DNA of 41,507 bases from a virus. Its lineage: Duplodnaviria; Caudoviricetes. The notes beneath the pieces were generated by a model, which did no database searches, was not told where the DNA came from, and saw only the letters and a program-made list of their open reading frames with translations. The translations under genes were made by a program, and so were the position numbers. The stretch is from positions 1 to 41,507 of the IMG/VR virus record IMGVR_UViG_3300017649_000007. One strand, given 5' to 3'. Each line of letters opens with the position of its first letter. Position 1 is the stretch's first letter. This document shows, piece by piece, positions 37,603 to 41,507 of the stretch.

Positions 37603-37833
37603 GTGAAGGTTACCGAGATTCGAAGGCTCGCAATGCAGTCCACACGCTATGGCTGGTACGACCACGGTTCAACCGTCGCCGCCACCTGCCCACTGTGCCG
37701 CAAACACGTCGTGACTCAGTACAGCATGTGGGCAACCGCCCCTAACGGTAAGCGCCTCAGCAAGATTCAACAGGCGCGCAATGGGGTGGCCGACCATCTC
37801 GCCTCCGAGTGTGTCGAAACTGTCAACGCCTAA
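37603..37833 (+). CDS. Small putative Zn-finger protein (cassette 9)
   Basis: GTG after element RBS; CPLC...H...C motif; its TAA begins element C1. Confidence 0.75.
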   Translation: MKVTEIRRLAMQSTRYGWYDHGSTVAATCPLCRKHVVTQYSMWATAPNGKRLSKIQQARNGVADHLASECVETVNA

Positions 37834-37906
37834 GCCGGTAGGAGGCGCAGCTACTCGCGTGGGTAGTTGCGTCTCTGGTCTGCTTAGACCGCAACAAGAT
37901 TGGAGA
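37831..37906 (+). repeat. Structured intergenic element C1
   Basis: TAAGC..GGAGGCGCAGCTACTC/GGGTAGTTGCGTCTCT GGTC-TGCTTA-GACC GCAACAAGATTGGAGA. Confidence 0.92.
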
Positions 37907-37911
37907 ACACA

Positions 37912-38244
37912 ATGAACACCAGCTATGTTCGTCAGCGTACCGGGGCTCCCGAGGCAGTTGCACAGGGCCGCACGCAGATCACCTACAACGGTCGCACCCG
38001 AACGGCACGTACAGCCGATGGGGTGGAAATCGTTGAGGGCCTGCGGGTCTACACCAACGACCTGGAGCGCGGCGTGATCCGTCTCGACCGCGCCGAGTGG
38101 GAGTGGTACGGATCAGAGGGCAAGTACCATCTGTGGTTCGAGGTCGAGGTCGATCACAACTACAAGGGCGAGCCTGTGAACGGGGAGCGCGTGCTCCAGT
38201 CTGACGACCGGGTTGCCACACGGTTCGAGGGGGTACCGGCATGA
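37912..38244 (+). CDS. Hypothetical protein (cassette 10a)
   Basis: ATG after element RBS. Confidence 0.75.
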   Translation: MNTSYVRQRTGAPEAVAQGRTQITYNGRTRTARTADGVEIVEGLRVYTNDLERGVIRLDRAEWEWYGSEGKYHLWFEVEVDHNYKGEPVNGERVLQSDDRVATRFEGVPA

Positions 38245-38447
38245 GCAACTTCAAGGCAACGGAAGTCGTTGCACTGCATATGTATCCGCACGGTGTGGGC
38301 TCGTTCGCCCACTTCGATGTCGTCGCCGTGACAAGCAACGGCAAAGAGATTTTCCAAGGGTACGCAGTGAGCTACGACGTGGTGAAGGCACGGCAAAAGC
38401 AAGCCTTCCCATACGCTTCCGTGGAGATCATCGAACCCGCGCTCTGA
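38241..38447 (+). CDS. Hypothetical protein (cassette 10b)
   Basis: ATGA coupling and GAGGGG RBS; its stop begins element C2. Confidence 0.7.
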   Translation: MSNFKATEVVALHMYPHGVGSFAHFDVVAVTSNGKEIFQGYAVSYDVVKARQKQAFPYASVEIIEPAL

Positions 38448-38522
38448 GTGGGTAGGAGGCGCAGCTGTCCAGTGTGGGCAGTTGCGTCTCTGGTTCACTC
38501 AGAACCACAACAAGATTGGAGA
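38445..38522 (+). repeat. Structured intergenic element C2
   Basis: TGAGTG, then a 17-bp stem, then GGTT-CACTCAG-AACC and the tail. Confidence 0.93.
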
Positions 38523-38529
38523 CAAGAGA

Positions 38530-38913
38530 ATGGCAACAGTAAAGGTGTACCTGAATGTCAGCCGGGATAGCTTCTTCGGCTTCTACAACGACTTCGGGAA
38601 GCCAGTCCTAGTCCCTGCCATCACTTTTGAGCTGGACGATGAGCTCGCTTCCGACCTGCAATGCGGTGCGCCGTATGCAGCCTTGGAGCGGGTGTTCGAG
38701 CAATTGAACATCGGCGGGCATGACGGCGGGCCAGAGGGTAAGCCGTGGACCGTCGAGTACCGACAGAACGGCTACCGTAGCCTATCGGTGGGTGACGTTG
38801 TCGTGATCGGGGAACTTGCGTACGCCGTGGAAAGCTCTGGCTGGCGCTACATCCCGACCGACGATCTGACGGCGGCGCTGCAACGCGGCGTTGAGCAGGG
38901 GGTGGGCAAATGA
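38530..38913 (+). CDS. YodL-like domain protein (cassette 11a)
   Basis: LERVFEQLN...RSLSVGDVVV...AY.V.S.GW matches the YodL-like motif as recalled. Confidence 0.65.
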   Translation: MATVKVYLNVSRDSFFGFYNDFGKPVLVPAITFELDDELASDLQCGAPYAALERVFEQLNIGGHDGGPEGKPWTVEYRQNGYRSLSVGDVVVIGELAYAVESSGWRYIPTDDLTAALQRGVEQGVGK

Positions 38914-39230
38914 TCACGCTCACATACTGTTCCGAGTGCGGGGCAGACTTGAGCAACGGGTACGCGCATGCCCGACCGTGCTGCTATGAGCAGATGCGGA
39001 TCGTGCAGCCTAACAACGACTGGCGCGGCCTTCGGGTGTGGCCGAAAGAGGGCTACACCAAATACAAAGGGCCGCGTGTTGATCGGGCAGGCGAGCCCGT
39101 GCCGAGCGGCACCGTACTTGGGTGCAACGGCATGGGCAGCGCGTACATCAAGTGGGACAATGGCTCTGTGTCATTGCTCCCGGTCAACGAGATCGAGACG
39201 TACGGGCAACGCGTCCACGTCGAGCTCTGA
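38910..39230 (+). CDS. Hypothetical protein (cassette 11b)
   Basis: ATGA coupling; CSEC motif and SH3-like G.V.....IKWDNG; its stop begins element C3. Confidence 0.7.
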   Translation: MITLTYCSECGADLSNGYAHARPCCYEQMRIVQPNNDWRGLRVWPKEGYTKYKGPRVDRAGEPVPSGTVLGCNGMGSAYIKWDNGSVSLLPVNEIETYGQRVHVEL

Positions 39231-39307
39231 GTGGGTAGGAGACGTAGCTGCCAACATGTTTGGCAGTTGCGTCTCTGGTTCACTCAGAACCGCAACAAGA
39301 TTGGAGA
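39228..39307 (+). repeat. Structured intergenic element C3
   Basis: Ends resemble C2; upper stem resembles C4-C6. Confidence 0.93.
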
Positions 39308-39312
39308 GAACA

Positions 39313-40254
39313 ATGACAACCACCATCGTCAAGGATCGTCGTCGCAGCACTACGCGCCGTTCGGCCAAGCCTCGTCGTGATGTCACGTCCAGCGACTTGC
39401 CGCTACGTGATGACGGGAAGGTCGACCTGGTCAAGGTTCTGGAGTTCGCACTCACAGCACCCGGCCATCTGTCGAAGTGCTACAACAGATTCCATCGTTA
39501 TTCGCTGCTCAACATCATCATGGTGCTGATGCAGACCGGCAAGATGGAACCGATGGCGACGTTCAATCGCTGGAAGTCGCTGGGACGAAACGTCACAAAA
39601 GGCAGCAAGGCGCTGTGGGTCAACCACCCGCGCTTCGCTCCCGAGCGTGACTCTGACGGCCTCCCAGTGGTCGGCAAAGATGGCAAGGTCGAGATGAAGG
39701 TTGTCGGGTTCTACCCGAAAGCCACTGTGTTCCAACTGCATCAGACAGAGGGGCCGGATCTCAAAATGCCTGAACTGCCAGAGTGGGACCGCGAGCAAGC
39801 CGCCAAGGTGCTTGAGCTGAACGAAGTTCCGTTCGAGTACCACGACGGCAACGCCCAGGGCTACAGCACAGGCCGCGACTACGCGATCAACCCTGTGGCT
39901 GAGTACCCGATCAAGACCCTGTTCCACGAGTGGGGTCACATCTTGTGCGGTCACACAACCGGCGACGACAACGCTCCGATGCATCGTGGCGTCCGCGAGT
40001 TCCAAGCTGAGGCAGTCGCTTTGCTCGTCTGCAAGGAACTCGATGTCAAAGAGTACGACCCAGCCGCCTGCCGTGGGTACATCCAGAACTGGCTGCAAGG
40101 CCAGAGCGCCGAGTACCTGGACGACGACGGCAACCTGGCCGTGACGGATGCTGTTGTGCGGCAGATCTTCGCCGCCGCCGACAAGATCCTCACAGCCGGG
40201 CGGAAGTCGCACTACGACAAGATGGAGGCCGACCGTGATAACGCGCAACGTTAA
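39313..40254 (+). CDS. ardC: ArdC-like antirestriction protein (ssDNA-binding domain plus zincin metallopeptidase)
   Basis: YSLLN..ATFNRWKSLGRNVTKGSKA N-domain; HEWGH zincin motif; REFQAE; YIQNWL. Confidence 0.8.
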   Translation: MTTTIVKDRRRSTTRRSAKPRRDVTSSDLPLRDDGKVDLVKVLEFALTAPGHLSKCYNRFHRYSLLNIIMVLMQTGKMEPMATFNRWKSLGRNVTKGSKALWVNHPRFAPERDSDGLPVVGKDGKVEMKVVGFYPKATVFQLHQTEGPDLKMPELPEWDREQAAKVLELNEVPFEYHDGNAQGYSTGRDYAINPVAEYPIKTLFHEWGHILCGHTTGDDNAPMHRGVREFQAEAVALLVCKELDVKEYDPAACRGYIQNWLQGQSAEYLDDDGNLAVTDAVVRQIFAAADKILTAGRKSHYDKMEADRDNAQR

Positions 40255-40381
40255 CGGCAAGTGGATCTGCCACTGCGGCAACGATGCCCGTAACGACGGC
40301 TCAGAGTATGACTGGGTGTGCGAACAGTGGCCGTTCTGCGAACAGGAACGGCCAGAGCTGCAAGCACCCTGGTTGGACTGA
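40235..40381 (+). CDS. Small Cys-rich protein (cassette 12b)
   Basis: GGAGG before GTG 40235; CHC...C.....C pattern; its stop begins element C4. Confidence 0.6.
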   Translation: MITRNVNGKWICHCGNDARNDGSEYDWVCEQWPFCEQERPELQAPWLD

Positions 40382-40457
40382 GTAGGTAGGAGGCGCTGCT
40401 GCCAATATGATTGGCAGTAGCGTCTCTGGTCTACTTAGACCACAACAAGATTGGAGG
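40379..40457 (+). repeat. Structured intergenic element C4
   Basis: TGAGTAG..GCGCTGCTGCCAAT/ATTGGCAGTAGCGT..GGTC-TACTTA-GACC and the tail. Confidence 0.93.
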
Positions 40458-40465
40458 CAAACAAA

Positions 40466-40627
40466 ATGGATGTTCAAGCGACCTACGACGAGCTTGCCGA
40501 TCTCACCAACCAAGCCCTATCTGGCTGTGAGGTCGACGCCGTCCGCATGGCCGAACTCTTTGAGTCGCTTGACTGCTGGCTCAAGGCGCGCGGTTATCTG
40601 CCGAAGTCATGGGCAGAGGGCCGGTGA
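40466..40627 (+). CDS. Small hypothetical protein (cassette 13a; absent from the ORF track)
   Basis: ATG after element RBS; translates to MDVQATYDELADLTNQALSGCEVDAVRMAELFESLDCWLKARGYLPKSWAEGR (53 aa). Confidence 0.7.
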   Translation: MDVQATYDELADLTNQALSGCEVDAVRMAELFESLDCWLKARGYLPKSWAEGR

Positions 40628-40632
40628 TCACA

Positions 40633-40941
40633 ATGGCTACCAAAGTGATTGCCAAAGTGCCCACGTACAGCAGGCAGTACCGCGAAGCCAGCCTCGAAGA
40701 GCTGCGCACCAGAGACGATCTGGTGTTTAGCGACATCGAAGAGGACACGGCAGCCGACACGGTCACGGTCTACTACACAACCAAGATTCGTCAGTGGTGC
40801 GGCGCACTGCGCAAGGTCGGGATCGACCCAGAGATACTTGCCTGGGTCCCGAACCACGGCAGGGGTGAAACGCGGCTCGAACTGTTGGAGTCAGGCAAGT
40901 GGACACTCGTGGATGTGATCAACGATGAACTCAACGGCTAG
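40633..40941 (+). CDS. Hypothetical protein (cassette 13b)
   Basis: Follows 13a directly (alternative start GTG 40624); ends just before element C5. Confidence 0.7.
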   Translation: MATKVIAKVPTYSRQYREASLEELRTRDDLVFSDIEEDTAADTVTVYYTTKIRQWCGALRKVGIDPEILAWVPNHGRGETRLELLESGKWTLVDVINDELNG

Positions 40942-40943
40942 GT

Positions 40944-41023
40944 TGAGTAGATAGGAGACGCTGCTGCCAAACATGATTGGCAGTAGCGTCTCTGGTCTAC
41001 TTAGACCGCAACAAGATTGGAGA
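40944..41023 (+). repeat. Structured intergenic element C5
   Basis: 40941-41023 is identical to 41425-41507 (83 bp). Confidence 0.95.
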
Positions 41024-41028
41024 CAACA

Positions 41029-41421
41029 ATGTGCAAGATCATAGGGGCCGACCCATACGTCACACCTGACGACCGGGATCGGGAACTGTTGGCGCAACGT
41101 GCAACCCGTCGAGCCGAGGTCAACGCTCCACGGTCGGGTGACTACGTCGTTTTCACAGACGGCGTGAAGCGCCGGATCAGCTCCCTGTGGGACGGCAATG
41201 TGCAAACGTCGGACGGCGGATCGTGGTACCTGCTGACGAGCGGTGACGCCTCGTTCTCCGGGTCGCTACATCCGCCCGTGCGACGAGAATTCCTGACCGA
41301 TTCGAGAGAGACAGAGCCAGCGTCGTTTTGGTTCTTCCATCACGATTTGGCGCAGGCGCACAACGCCGTCCACGTCGAGCTGCGCGTCCGTGTCTGGACC
41401 GCAAGCACAACGGCACCCTAG
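41029..41421 (+). CDS. Hypothetical protein, DUF4121-like (cassette 14)
   Basis: PRSGDYV...SFSGS...FWFFHHD..AHNAV.V...VRVW resembles the DUF4121 pattern as recalled. Confidence 0.5.
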   Translation: MCKIIGADPYVTPDDRDRELLAQRATRRAEVNAPRSGDYVVFTDGVKRRISSLWDGNVQTSDGGSWYLLTSGDASFSGSLHPPVRREFLTDSRETEPASFWFFHHDLAQAHNAVHVELRVRVWTASTTAP

Positions 41422-41427
41422 CTGGGT

Positions 41428-41507
41428 TGAGTAGATAGGAGACGCTGCTGCCAAACATGATTGGCAGTAGCGTCTCTGGTCTACTTAGACCGCAACAAGA
41501 TTGGAGA
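41428..41507 (+). repeat. Structured intergenic element C6 (window ends at its tail)
   Basis: Identical to C5. Confidence 0.95.

Noticed and set aside
38968-39312. N-terminal extension of the ArdC ORF (likewise the 36102, 35903 and 35184 starts)
   Set aside because: These overlap upstream genes and run through elements; the real starts follow the GGAGA tail. The open frame is treated separately as a finding.
34852-41507. CRISPR array
   Set aside because: Repeats are ~80 nt, the intervals are 170-1070 bp intact ORFs of variable length, and no cas genes are present.
34852-41507. Classical integron attC sites
   Set aside because: No conserved RYYYAAC/GTTRRRY boxes, no integron integrase in the window, and the elements are not a single end-to-end hairpin.
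34852-41507. Intrinsic terminators or known self-cleaving ribozymes
   Set aside because: Stems are followed by C/A-rich rather than U-rich tails. CTGAGTG resembles the hammerhead CUGANGA but no GAAA core follows, and the helix order does not fit HDV, pistol or twister as I recall them.

Overview
This is the left ~41.5 kb of an actinobacterial siphovirus genome, very likely a mycobacteriophage because it encodes Lysin B. Bases 156-33.7k hold a rightward operon: ParB-like gene, ABC-ATPase/GNAT fusion, terminase, portal, protease, HK97 capsid, neck and tail genes, tape measure, minor tails and lysis cassette. One leftward secreted-protein gene follows. From ~34.25 kb to the window end the architecture is unusual. 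A promoter-like site and a ~340-nt structured leader are followed by 14 copies of an ~80-nt element, each placed directly before a one- or two-gene cassette (cargo includes ArdC-like, YodL-like and DUF4121-like proteins). The elements fall into three sequence families that share one fold supported by compensatory changes: a 5' arm starting with TGA/TAA (usually the upstream stop codon) complementary to the loop of a 3' hairpin, a long central stem, and a near-invariant CAACAAGATTGGAGA RBS tail. The leader carries three tandem segments complementary to that tail. Other oddities are an apparently circularly permuted Lysin B, a +1 tail-chaperone frameshift and a CACAGTCA motif near late-gene starts. 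No integrase, tRNA, reverse transcriptase or cas gene was seen. All product calls come from motif recognition by eye, with no database search.
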